In this document: positions 39,174-48,200 of the stretch, piece after piece
Position numbering within the stretch: position 1 is the stretch's first letter
How the letters are laid out: each line of letters begins with the position of its first letter
Assembly: GCA_963741945.1 (NCBI GenBank)
Contig: CAVUKA010000004.1
Coordinates: 64,001-128,000 of the forward strand
Direction: 5' to 3'
Origin: an uncultured Gemmatimonadales bacterium
Lineage (GTDB): Bacteria > Gemmatimonadota > Gemmatimonadetes > Longimicrobiales > RSA9
DNA: 64,000 nt
Position numbers and translations under genes: made by a program
Notes under the pieces: generated by a model
What the model was told of the DNA's origin: nothing
What the model saw: the letters and a program-made list of their open reading frames with translations, nothing else
Databases searched by the model: none

Positions 39174-41273
39174 TTACCGGATCGCCGCCTGCACCGGGTG
39201 CTCCGCGCGCAGCCGCGCCAGCGAGCCCTCCCAGTCCGCCCGCGGCTCGGCCAGCTCCCCCTTCACGTACAGGTCGTACCAGTCCAGGTACCGCTGGTAG
39301 CGGTCCTTGATGAATGCCGGGCTCCGGAAGCCGTGGTGCTCGCCCGGGTACACCACGAGGAGCGTCGGCCGACCGAGTCGCTTCAGCGCCTGGTACAGCT
39401 GCTCCGAGTTCAGGATTGGCACGTTCCAGTCGATGGAGCCGCCCATGACGAGCGTGGGCGTGGTGACGTTCTCCACCTTGTTGAACGGGGAGATCCGTTC
39501 CCAGTTCTCCGCCGTCGGGCCCCACGGCAGCCCCAGCTCCGCTTCCCACACGTGCTGGTAGTGGTCGTGCCCGTAGTTGGACCGGTAGAGCACTTCGCTC
39601 GCGCCACTGATCGCCGCCTCGAACCGGTCGGTGGAAGTGATGACGTAGTTCGTCAGGATCCCGCCGTACGACCACCCGCCCACGCCCATGTGGTCCGGAT
39701 CGGCGTATCCGTCCGCGATCGCCTTGTCCAGTGCGGACAGCACGTCCGCCACCGGCTTCTCCCCCCAGTCCGCGAAGATCGCGGCGCTGAACGCCTGACC
39801 ATACCCCGAGGAGCCGCGCGGGTTGGCCCGCACCACCACGTAGTCATGGGCCGCGAACAGCTGCGAGTCGAAATCGAACGACCAGTCGAACTGGGCCACC
39901 GGGCCGCCGTGCAGGCGGAGCAGGACGGGATAGCGCTGCCCCTCCCGGTAGTCCGGCGGGAGCGTCACCCACCCCTCGATCTCCGTCCCGTCCGCCGAGC
40001 TGGAGTGGATGTTCCGCACCTCGGCCAGGCGGTGTTGCGCCAGGAACGCGTCGTTCACGTGCGTGAGCCGCTCGGGACCCCGCCGGCCCAGCTTGTACAC
40101 CTCGAACGGCTGCCGGGGAGAGCTGATCAGCATGACGACGTCCCCCGTCGGCCCCACGTGCTCGCTGGACACTACCTCGTCCCCGGCCACCACGCGCTCG
40201 AAGCCGCGGCCATCGGCACCGATCCGCGCCAGCTGCTGCGCACCGCTGTCCTCCAGATTGAACCAGATCCGCCCTTTCGGATCGAACGCGGGATCCGACA
40301 CGTTCCGGTCCAGCGCCGGCGTCAGCAGCCGCGGCTCACCCCCCTCCGCCGGGATCAGTGCCAGCTGGTTCACGGCGTACCAGATCAGATCCGGCTCCGT
40401 GTCCGTCACGTACGCGATCGACCGGCCGTCGGGGCTCCATGCCGGTGACCCGTCCGGGCCGGGGTTCGTGGTCAGCTGCCGCGGCGCCGGAACGGGGCCA
40501 TCAGCGCTCAGCGTGACCGGAACATCCACGATCCATACATCCGTGTTTTCGCTGGAATCGGCCTCCGGCATGCGCTTGCTCACGAACGCCACGTGCCGCC
40601 CGTCCGGGCTCCAGGCGGCCCCCGCATCGTCGTAGTCGCCGTCCGTGATCTGCTGGAGCACCTTCGCTTCCAGGTCGTAGACGTACAGGTGATCCCGACG
40701 CCGATTCAGGTAGCCGGCATAGTCCTGCTTGAACTGGAGGCGGTCGATGACGAATGGCTTCTTCATCTCCTCCGCATCCTTCTTCGCGGCGGCCGAGTCC
40801 TCGGGTGAAGGTTCGGGATCCGTGATCGAGAGCAGCACCCGCTTCCCAGCCGGCGACCACTGGTACCCGTTCACGCCCTGCTTCACCTCCGTCAGCGGCT
40901 GCGCCTCGCCGCCCCGCCGGTCCAGCGCCCATACCTGCGTCTTCCCCTCGTTGCGCGACGCCGTGAAGGAGAGCCAGCGGCCGTCCGGGCTGAAGCGCGG
41001 CGACCCGGCGGACATGCCCTCCATGGTCATGGGCATGGGCTCGCCGCCCGACATCGGCGCCATCCAGATCCGGCTCTGGATCTTCCCTTCGTCCAGCTCC
41101 GTGGTCCCCACCGTGTAGGCCACCCAGCGGCCGTCCGGGCTCACCCGCGGGCTCCCCACCCGCTGGATACGGAACGCATCGTCGATCTCGAGCCTGCCCG
41201 GCGCCTCCTGTGCCGCTGCACTCCCGGCCAGGACCAGCGCCAGGGCCAGTCCGCCACTCCAGATCCGCTTCAT
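39174..41273 (-). CDS. Secreted S9 family peptidase (beta-propeller + alpha/beta hydrolase)
   Basis: Signal peptide, repeated SPDG blades, HGGP, GWSYGG nucleophile, D and EHH catalytic residues. Confidence 0.94.
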   Translation of the reverse strand: MKRIWSGGLALALVLAGSAAAQEAPGRLEIDDAFRIQRVGSPRVSPDGRWVAYTVGTTELDEGKIQSRIWMAPMSGGEPMPMTMEGMSAGSPRFSPDGRWLSFTASRNEGKTQVWALDRRGGEAQPLTEVKQGVNGYQWSPAGKRVLLSITDPEPSPEDSAAAKKDAEEMKKPFVIDRLQFKQDYAGYLNRRRDHLYVYDLEAKVLQQITDGDYDDAGAAWSPDGRHVAFVSKRMPEADSSENTDVWIVDVPVTLSADGPVPAPRQLTTNPGPDGSPAWSPDGRSIAYVTDTEPDLIWYAVNQLALIPAEGGEPRLLTPALDRNVSDPAFDPKGRIWFNLEDSGAQQLARIGADGRGFERVVAGDEVVSSEHVGPTGDVVMLISSPRQPFEVYKLGRRGPERLTHVNDAFLAQHRLAEVRNIHSSSADGTEIEGWVTLPPDYREGQRYPVLLRLHGGPVAQFDWSFDFDSQLFAAHDYVVVRANPRGSSGYGQAFSAAIFADWGEKPVADVLSALDKAIADGYADPDHMGVGGWSYGGILTNYVITSTDRFEAAISGASEVLYRSNYGHDHYQHVWEAELGLPWGPTAENWERISPFNKVENVTTPTLVMGGSIDWNVPILNSEQLYQALKRLGRPTLLVVYPGEHHGFRSPAFIKDRYQRYLDWYDLYVKGELAEPRADWEGSLARLRAEHPVQAAIR

Positions 41274-41511
41274 TGCATCCCTCCGTCTCGAGACAAGCTT
41301 GCCGGCGGGGCACGCTCGCCCCGCCCGTATTTGCCCGCACACGGCTCGAACTACCCGCCTCGCGGCCGCGTCTCAACTGGCTTGTGGGTGTGCATGCGAC
41401 GGTAGCCGCTTTCGCTTCCGCCCGCCAGCCGACGGGATCCCATCCCGGGAGCGGCTCGGCGGACCTGCCCCGCGACGAGCGCGGCGCCCCGGGACGTGCC
41501 GGCAGGGCAGC

Positions 41512-42156
41512 TCAGTCGTCGTCGTCCGCTTCGAAGCCTTCCACCCCTTCCCGAACCAGCCACGGCACCATGAGCAGCGCCGCCAGCGGATCCGCCCACC
41601 ACCAGCCGGCAACGGCATTGGCCACGAGGCCGAGGAGGAGCGTGAACGACAGGTACGAGCAGGCCAGCGTTTCCTTCGCCTCGGCACGCAGCGCCCCGCT
41701 CCCGAGCGCCGCTGCGGTCCGCAGCTTGGCCACGGCCAGCCCGGGCATGATCACGAGGGAGGCGGCCGCGATGCCGATCCCGAGGAGGCTCTCGGATGCT
41801 CGTTGCTGGCCGGTCAGGTGCAGACCGGCCTCCACCAGGACATAGGCCGCGAGAAGGAAGAAGGTGGCGCCAACCACCTTTCGCACGCGCGATTCCGCCT
41901 CCGCAACGGCTTCCTCCGCACCCCCCCGCCACTGGACCCGGAAGCGCCACAGAACCACCATGGCGGCGGCCAGCTCGATGACGCTGTCGAGCCCGAAGCC
42001 CACCAGCGCGATGCTGCGCGCGCTCATGCCCGCCCACACCGCCAGCCCCGCCTCGACCACGTTGTACGCGGCGGTGCCGGTCAGGAGCCAGTACGCGCGT
42101 CGGACCCACCGCTCCGTTTCGCGGCCGTCCGCGCCCGACCGAAGGGCGGCGCTCAC
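41512..42156 (-). CDS. Cation efflux (CDF-like) membrane protein lacking the C-terminal cytoplasmic domain
   Basis: YNVVEA, SIALVGFGLDSVIE, ALRAEAKET, WWWADP; about 214 aa. Confidence 0.82.
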   Translation of the reverse strand: MSAALRSGADGRETERWVRRAYWLLTGTAAYNVVEAGLAVWAGMSARSIALVGFGLDSVIELAAAMVVLWRFRVQWRGGAEEAVAEAESRVRKVVGATFFLLAAYVLVEAGLHLTGQQRASESLLGIGIAAASLVIMPGLAVAKLRTAAALGSGALRAEAKETLACSYLSFTLLLGLVANAVAGWWWADPLAALLMVPWLVREGVEGFEADDDD

Positions 42157-43712
42157 CCGCTGGTGGACCGCGACATCGATTCGTGCAGCGCCCGCCCCCG
42201 CGCCACGGCCTCCTCCACCAGCGTGTCCATCTCCAGGGTCTCGGTCCGGAAGTTGACAATGCACGCGCGGATGGCGAAGCGCCCGTCCAGGACGGCGTTG
42301 GACGGGAACACGCGACCACTCCACTGCAGCTCGGCCATCAGCCGCTCGTTGAGCGTATTCAGGTACTCGTCACGGTTCGCCGGCCCACCCCCGCCGGGGG
42401 ATTCCGCGTCGGGACCGCCGGCGCGAGCTCCGGCCGCGAGCTCCGGCGGCACGTACCGGAAGCAGGCGATGGAGAGCGACTGCGGCCCCATGGCCTCCAG
42501 CTCCGGGTGCGCCTCCGCGCGGGTGTACAGGTACTGCGCCAGCTCGCAGTCGTGGACGATCCGGCGCTGGTACGGACCCCACCCGTGCGCCAGCAGCGAG
42601 ACCCACACCTTGAGCGCGTGGAACCCGCGCGAGAACTGGGGCCCGTACGAGAAGTAGTCGATCCCCCTGCCCGTGAGCGCCTTGTCCTCGTGCGTGTACG
42701 TCGGCTCCAGCGAGAACGCCTGGGCCAGTCGCGCGAAGTCGCGCACCACGATGGCGCCGCCGGAATGCGGGGTGTAGAGCCACTTGTGCGGGTCCATCGC
42801 CACGCTGTCGGCGCGCTCGATCCCCTTGAACTGCGGCCTCAGCGCCTCGGTCAGCGCCGCCACGCCCCCGTACGCCCCGTCCACGTGCAGCCACAGCCCG
42901 TGCGCCGCGGCCACGTCCGCGATCCGGTCCAGCGGGTCGATGGCGCCCGTGCTCACCGTGCCGGCCGTTGCCACCACCGCGAACGGGCGACGCCCGTCCC
43001 GCACATCCCGCGCGATCGCCTCCTCCAGCGCATCCACCCGCATCCGGAGCGCGGTGTCCGTCGGGATCATCCGGACCGCTTCAGCGCCCAGCCCCAGCAT
43101 GTCGGCGGCGCGCGTGTTCACATCGTGCACCTCCGCGGAGGCATACAGCGTCAGGGGCGGCCCCGCGGCCACCCCCTCGCGCCGGATGTCCCACTGCGCC
43201 ATGGCGTCGCGCGCCGTCTTCAGCCCGATGAACGCGGCCATCGCCCCGCCCGACGTGATCATCCCCGCCGCCGTCGGCGGCAGCCCCAGCCGCTCACCGA
43301 ACCACGCCGTCAGGCGCTGCTCGATCTCGGTCGCCGCGGGCGAGAGCCGCCAACCACCCACGTTCTGGTTGAGCGCGGCCATGAGCAGGTCCGCGGCCGT
43401 GCCCGGGATCGTGCCCGCGCCACTTATGTAGGCCACGAACCCGGGGTGACCCGTATAGGTGGAATGCTCGAGGGCCAGGTCACGCAGGTAGGAGACCAGC
43501 TCGGCGCGCGACAGCCCCTCGTCCGGGATCGCCCGGAGGACGGAGCGACGCACTTCCGCCGCCCCCTCCCGCCGCCCCACCGGCAGGTCGCGCAGCCGCT
43601 CGATCAGCTCGGCCCAGAGCTCCACCATCTCGCCGCCGAGCCAGCGCGCCCCGTCCGCACCCCAGTCCAGGTCCGTGACCGGCGCCGGGCCGGTCCGCTC
43701 GCCCGCGCTCAC
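42153..43712 (-). CDS. PLP-dependent group II (aromatic amino acid/glutamate) decarboxylase
   Basis: TSGG, TAGTVSTGAIDPL, HVDGAYGG, ADSVAMDPHKWL. Confidence 0.92.
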   Translation of the reverse strand: MSAGERTGPAPVTDLDWGADGARWLGGEMVELWAELIERLRDLPVGRREGAAEVRRSVLRAIPDEGLSRAELVSYLRDLALEHSTYTGHPGFVAYISGAGTIPGTAADLLMAALNQNVGGWRLSPAATEIEQRLTAWFGERLGLPPTAAGMITSGGAMAAFIGLKTARDAMAQWDIRREGVAAGPPLTLYASAEVHDVNTRAADMLGLGAEAVRMIPTDTALRMRVDALEEAIARDVRDGRRPFAVVATAGTVSTGAIDPLDRIADVAAAHGLWLHVDGAYGGVAALTEALRPQFKGIERADSVAMDPHKWLYTPHSGGAIVVRDFARLAQAFSLEPTYTHEDKALTGRGIDYFSYGPQFSRGFHALKVWVSLLAHGWGPYQRRIVHDCELAQYLYTRAEAHPELEAMGPQSLSIACFRYVPPELAAGARAGGPDAESPGGGGPANRDEYLNTLNERLMAELQWSGRVFPSNAVLDGRFAIRACIVNFRTETLEMDTLVEEAVARGRALHESMSRSTSG

Positions 43713-44245
43713 GACTTCAGCCGGTCCGCGTACTTCCGGCGCAGCTTCGCCACCTTCGGCGCGATCACCGCCCGGCAGTACGGCTGGTCCGGGTTCCGAT
43801 CGAAGTAGTCGCGGTGGTAGTCCTCCGCCGGCCAGAATCGCTCCAGCGGCACCACTTCCGTCACGATCGGGGCACCGAACACTCCCTCGTCTTCCAGCGC
43901 CGAGATCACCCGTTCCGCGGTCTCCCGCTGCGCGTCCGACTCGTACAGGATGATCGATCGGTACTGCGGCCCCACGTCGTTGCCCTGACGATCCGGCGTC
44001 GTCGGATCATGCGTGGCGAAAAACACTTCCAGCAGCTCCCGGTACGAGACCCGGTCAGGATCGAACACCACCCGCGCCACCTCCGCGTGCCCCGTCCCGC
44101 CACCGCACACCTGCTCGTACGTCGGCGACGACACGCTCCCCCCGGCGTACCCGGGCGAGACGGACTCCACCCCCTCCAGCCGCTGCAACACCGCCTCCAC
44201 GCACCAGAAGCAGCCGCCGCCCAGCGTGGCCGTCTCGCGGTTCAT
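43709..44245 (-). CDS. msrA: Peptide methionine sulfoxide reductase A
   Basis: GGGCFWCVE, GHAEV, HDPT..RQGNDVGPQYRS, AEDYH, PYC. Confidence 0.96.
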   Translation of the reverse strand: MNRETATLGGGCFWCVEAVLQRLEGVESVSPGYAGGSVSSPTYEQVCGGGTGHAEVARVVFDPDRVSYRELLEVFFATHDPTTPDRQGNDVGPQYRSIILYESDAQRETAERVISALEDEGVFGAPIVTEVVPLERFWPAEDYHRDYFDRNPDQPYCRAVIAPKVAKLRRKYADRLKS

Positions 44246-44523
44246 GTGTGCGGCACCGGACGCGAGGCCTCCCCCCGCTCCAACAGCCGCTCGGACCACT
44301 CCTGTCGCTCGGCCAGCCGCGCCACCTGGCCCTGGAGATCCGACACCAGCCGACGCAGTTCCTCCGCCTCCTCCGCAGGCATCGTCCCCGCACGACGCTC
44401 CTCCAGCCGCATCTCCAGCAGCCGGCCGAGCCGCTTCGCGAGCGGAAACGTCAGGATGAACCCGCCGATCATCAGCACCATCACGAGCGAGAAGATCATT
44501 CCGGCGAGCGCGTTGGGATCCAT
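44242..44523 (-). CDS. Small membrane protein with one TM helix and a coiled coil
   Basis: MDPNALAGMIFSLVMVLMIGGFILTFPLAKRLG...LQGQVARLAERQEWSERLL; AGGAG RBS; 4-nt overlap with msrA. Confidence 0.75.
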   Translation of the reverse strand: MDPNALAGMIFSLVMVLMIGGFILTFPLAKRLGRLLEMRLEERRAGTMPAEEAEELRRLVSDLQGQVARLAERQEWSERLLERGEASRPVPHT

Positions 44524-44632
44524 GCGACTCCTCCTGCGGCGGGAATGCCGCGGCGCAGCACGCGCCGCCGGCGAGGTCGTGAGGCCGAGCCCCTCTGCAT
44601 GGGGCGCCGCGCCGCGGCGCCCCATGCCCTAT

Positions 44633-45322
44633 CTAGAAATTGTAGCTGTCGCCCGGGTCCAGTATCACCACTTCGGCGCGGCCGCCCACCTTCTCCCGGA
44701 AATCGTTCGGGTCCTGCTCGATCGGCTCCCAGGTGGAGTAATGCATGGGAATCACCACCCTGGGCTCGATCATCTCCACGGCCCTCGCCGCATCATCCGG
44801 CCCCATGGTGAAGTTGTCGCCGATCGGGAGCAGCGCCACGTCCACCTGCCCCTTCAACAGCTGCATGTCCATGATCAGCGCGGTGTCGCCGGCATGGTAC
44901 AGCCGCTTGCCACCGTTCAGGTTGAGCCACCAGCCGCCGGGGACCGTCGTGAACGCCCCCTCCTCGTCGCCATCCACCTGCCCACCGTGCAGTGCCGGCG
45001 TCATCTTGGCGTACCCGAAGGCGAAATGATTGCCGCCACCGATGTGCAGCGCGTGGACGTTCTCGAGCCCCTGCTCCTGACAGAAGCCGATGATCTCGAA
45101 CGTCGAGAGCACTGTGGCCCCCGTCTTCTTCGCGAGCGGAATGGCGTCCTGGAAATGGTCGAAATGACCATGACTGACCAGGATGAAGTCGAGCGCCTCC
45201 ACGTCCGCGACCCGGATGTCCGACTTCGGGTTCTCATCGAGATACGGATCGAACATGATCCGGTGACCCTGGTCGGTTTCCAGCGTGAACGTCGAATGGC
45301 CGTGCCAGGTCAGGCGAGCCAT
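44633..45322 (-). CDS. Metallo-beta-lactamase-fold hydrolase (UPF0173/UlaG-like)
   Basis: WHGHS, SHGHFDH, YHAGDT, LLPIGDNFTMG, IPMHY. Confidence 0.93.
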   Translation of the reverse strand: MARLTWHGHSTFTLETDQGHRIMFDPYLDENPKSDIRVADVEALDFILVSHGHFDHFQDAIPLAKKTGATVLSTFEIIGFCQEQGLENVHALHIGGGNHFAFGYAKMTPALHGGQVDGDEEGAFTTVPGGWWLNLNGGKRLYHAGDTALIMDMQLLKGQVDVALLPIGDNFTMGPDDAARAVEMIEPRVVIPMHYSTWEPIEQDPNDFREKVGGRAEVVILDPGDSYNF

Positions 45323-45336
45323 GGCACCTCCCGTGC

Positions 45337-45723
45337 TTATTCGATGTGCTTTGCGTATGCGGCAGCGTCCATCAGGCGCTCCAGCTCGTCCGGGTCGCTC
45401 ACACGCACCTTGATCATCCAGCCTTCGCCATACGGATCGGAGTTGACCAGCGACGGGTCATCCCCCAGCGCCTCGTTCACCGCCACCACTTCGCCGGTGG
45501 CCGGCATGTACAGGTCGCTCACCGCCTTCACGGCCTCGACGGTGCCGAACGTGTCTCCCCTGGCAAAGCTTTCGCCGGGCTCCGGGAGCTCGAGGTACAC
45601 GATATCCCCGAGCTCGCCCTGGGCGTAGTCGGTGATCCCGACCGTGTAGACATCCGGCTGGGCACCCTTGCCCAGGTACTCGTGGTCTTCAGTATACAGG
45701 AAATCCGAAGGCAGATCGGACAT
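45337..45723 (-). CDS. gcvH: Glycine cleavage system H protein
   Basis: VGITDYAQGELGDIVY, VEAVKAVSD (lipoyl-Lys), NSDPYGEGW. Confidence 0.97.
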   Translation of the reverse strand: MSDLPSDFLYTEDHEYLGKGAQPDVYTVGITDYAQGELGDIVYLELPEPGESFARGDTFGTVEAVKAVSDLYMPATGEVVAVNEALGDDPSLVNSDPYGEGWMIKVRVSDPDELERLMDAAAYAKHIE

Positions 45724-45898
45724 GGTTCCTCCCAATGGTCTGACGTGTGTCGGCGCGTGACGATGGGCGCCGCCACGGTGGCCGTCAAGGAGGAGAAATC
45801 CCTACGCCGTGGCCACTCCCGCCCGGGCGGCCCGCGGATCGTCGCTCGCCGCCGGGCCCGGCCTGGCGGCGCGACCCCTCATCTGCCACCGACCGCCG

Positions 45899-46120
45899 CT
45901 AATCTTCGTAGCGGACCGCCTGCAGGCGCGCCAGAATCCCGATCAGCCGCTTCATCTCGCTCTCCACCAGCTTCAGCGACTCCTGCACCTCGGCGTCCTG
46001 CGCCGCCGGCTCCTCGAGCAGGAGCTGGACGTGCCCGAGCGCGGCCGTGATCGGGCTGTTCGCATCGTGTCGGATCTTCCTGACGAGGTCCACGATCTCG
46101 CGGTATCGGGCATCGTCCAT
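45899..46120 (-). CDS. Stand-alone histidine-kinase dimerisation/phosphoacceptor (HisKA) domain protein
   Basis: 73 aa; H-box IRHDANSPITAALGHVQLL and second helix ESEMKRLIGILARL; GGAGG RBS. Confidence 0.78.
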   Translation of the reverse strand: MDDARYREIVDLVRKIRHDANSPITAALGHVQLLLEEPAAQDAEVQESLKLVESEMKRLIGILARLQAVRYED

Positions 46121-46260
46121 CGCGTACCTCCATCGGCTTTCGATGATTCGCGGTCGGGGGTAGTATAGCTTTCCACTCGCGGTTTTTCACGCGCGGAACA
46201 TCGCGCGCCGCTCACGACCGGGCACGCCGCCACAGCCGCATCCCATCATCGGAAGAGAGC

Positions 46261-47415
46261 ATGGATATCGAACGACCCGCACTCACGGAGCTGAGCGAGG
46301 AAGAGCAGATGTTCCGCGACATGGTGCGTCAGTTCGCGGAGGAGCAGATCGCGCCGCTGAGCCACGACATGGATCGGGACGCGCGGATGGATCCCGCCCT
46401 GATCCGGACCCTCTTCGAGCTCGGCGTCATGGGCATCGAGATCCCGGACCGGCTGGGCGGCGCCGGCGCTTCCTTCTTCACCTCCGTGCTGGTCGTCGAA
46501 GAGCTTTCGCGGGTCGACCCCTCCGTGGGCGTCCTCGTGGACGTGCAGAACACGCTGGTGGACACCTGCATCATCCGCTACGGCAACGATGAGCAGCGAG
46601 AACGATATCTTCCGCGGCTGGCCACCGACGCGGTGGGGGCCTACGCCCTCTCGGAGGCCGGCTCCGGCTCCGATGCCTTCGCGCTGAAGTGCCGCGCCAC
46701 GCGGGACGGCGACGACTGGATTCTGGACGGCTCGAAGCTGTGGATCACCAACGGCGGCGAAGCGGACATCTTCATCGTGTTCGCCAACGTCGATTTCGAG
46801 AAGGGGTACCGCGGCATCACGGCCTTCATCGTGGAGCGCGGAATGGAGGGCTTCACGGTGGGGAAGAAGGAGGACAAGCTCGGCATCCGGGCGTCCTCCA
46901 CGGTGGAGCTTGGCTTCGACGGCTGCCGTGTTCCGGGCGCCAACGTGATGGGGGAGGTGGGGAAGGGGTACAAGATCGCCATCGAGCAGCTCAACGAAGG
47001 GCGCATCGGCATTGGTGCCCAGATGGTGGGCCTCGCCCAGGGCGCGCTGGACCACACGGTCCGCTACGTCCGGGAACGCGAGCAGTTCGGCCACCCCATT
47101 GCCGGCTTCCAGGGCGTGCAGTTCCAGCTCGCCGACATGCGCACGCGGCTCGAGGCCGCCCGGCTCATGGTCTACAACGCGGCGCGGCTGCGCGAGGCCA
47201 ACAAGCCGTTCCTGTTCCAGGCGGCCATGGCCAAGCTGTACGCGTCCGAGGCCGCCCAGCGCATTGCCTCGGAGTGCGTGGACCTCCACGGAGGCTACGG
47301 CTTCACCAAGGAATATCCCGTGGAGAAGCTCTACCGTGATGCCAAGATCGGCACGATCTACGAGGGTACCTCGAACATGCAGCGGCAGACCATCGCGAAG
47401 CTGCTGCTCAGGTAG
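46261..47415 (+). CDS. Short/branched-chain acyl-CoA dehydrogenase
   Basis: YALSEAGSGSDA, GSKLWITN, KLGIRASST, REQFG, YRDAKIGTIYEGTSNMQ. Confidence 0.96.
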   Translation: MDIERPALTELSEEEQMFRDMVRQFAEEQIAPLSHDMDRDARMDPALIRTLFELGVMGIEIPDRLGGAGASFFTSVLVVEELSRVDPSVGVLVDVQNTLVDTCIIRYGNDEQRERYLPRLATDAVGAYALSEAGSGSDAFALKCRATRDGDDWILDGSKLWITNGGEADIFIVFANVDFEKGYRGITAFIVERGMEGFTVGKKEDKLGIRASSTVELGFDGCRVPGANVMGEVGKGYKIAIEQLNEGRIGIGAQMVGLAQGALDHTVRYVREREQFGHPIAGFQGVQFQLADMRTRLEAARLMVYNAARLREANKPFLFQAAMAKLYASEAAQRIASECVDLHGGYGFTKEYPVEKLYRDAKIGTIYEGTSNMQRQTIAKLLLR

Positions 47416-47493
47416 CAACCCGCCGGGGGCCACAGGCGAGAGCCGGCGGTGGAAGAGATCCCACCGCTGGCCCGTCCGCCTCGACGCTCGGCC

Positions 47494-48150
47494 CTATCGC
47501 TGGTCGCCGACTCCATGGCGTCGCAGCAGATTCCGTACGCCCTCCGGGATGCTGGGCGAGCTCACTCCGCTGCCGGCGCGCCGGCTGTCCGCGCGTGGCA
47601 TGCCCGGCCTCGGAGTGGCCAGGAACGCGTGGGCTTCGAAGGTGCTCAGGTCCAGCGCGAGCCCCGCGATCTGCCCCGCCTGGTTGATGGCCAGCGGAGC
47701 GATGATGTAGAGATGCGCGTCCGGCGGCAGGAGCGAGTTGAGATCGGTATAGACATGGTCCTGCCAGAGATACCCCCGGCAGATCCCGAACGCGACGTCG
47801 CAGGAGGCGCCGACCATCTGCCCCCGGTCGTTGGCGTTGAACGGGGTGTTCTGACGGTCCGCGGGGTCCGGGCTCATCAGGCCTAGGTCCTGGATACCGG
47901 TGGCCTTCGTCCATCGGAACGGGTGGAGGGATCCGTCGGGGACTGCGGCGGCCCCGAACACTTCACCCCTGTTGTTGACGGCGGCAGCGAAACCGCTGTT
48001 GGGGTCGCCGAGATTGCCCAGGTCCACGGGCGTGCCATGGTCCCAGAGCACCGCGTGCGCACCCGTCCCGGTGCCGCCGAACGTGGTGTTGGAGCATTGA
48101 CCGGACGTGCCGACCACCTGGTCGTTGTCGTTGTTCCGTTGGCCGCATCG
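47494..48150 (-). pseudogene. 5'-truncated, frameshifted extracellular HAF-repeat protein remnant
   Basis: Repeats NDNDQVVG..HAVLW..DLG, VNNRGEVFG..HPFRW..DLG, NDRGQMVG..DLN, INQAGQIAG..HAFL. No start or signal peptide after the amidase terminator. Confidence 0.7.
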
Positions 48151-48157
48151 TTCGATC

Positions 48158-48184
48158 CGCGGGGGACCGGTGAGGCCCCCCGCG
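48158..48184 (-). terminator. Hairpin downstream of amidase, possible terminator
   Basis: CGCGGGGG-N-CCCCCGCG stem about 16 nt after the amidase stop; weak U-tract. Confidence 0.4.
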
Positions 48185-48200
48185 AACGCTCGCTTGACCG

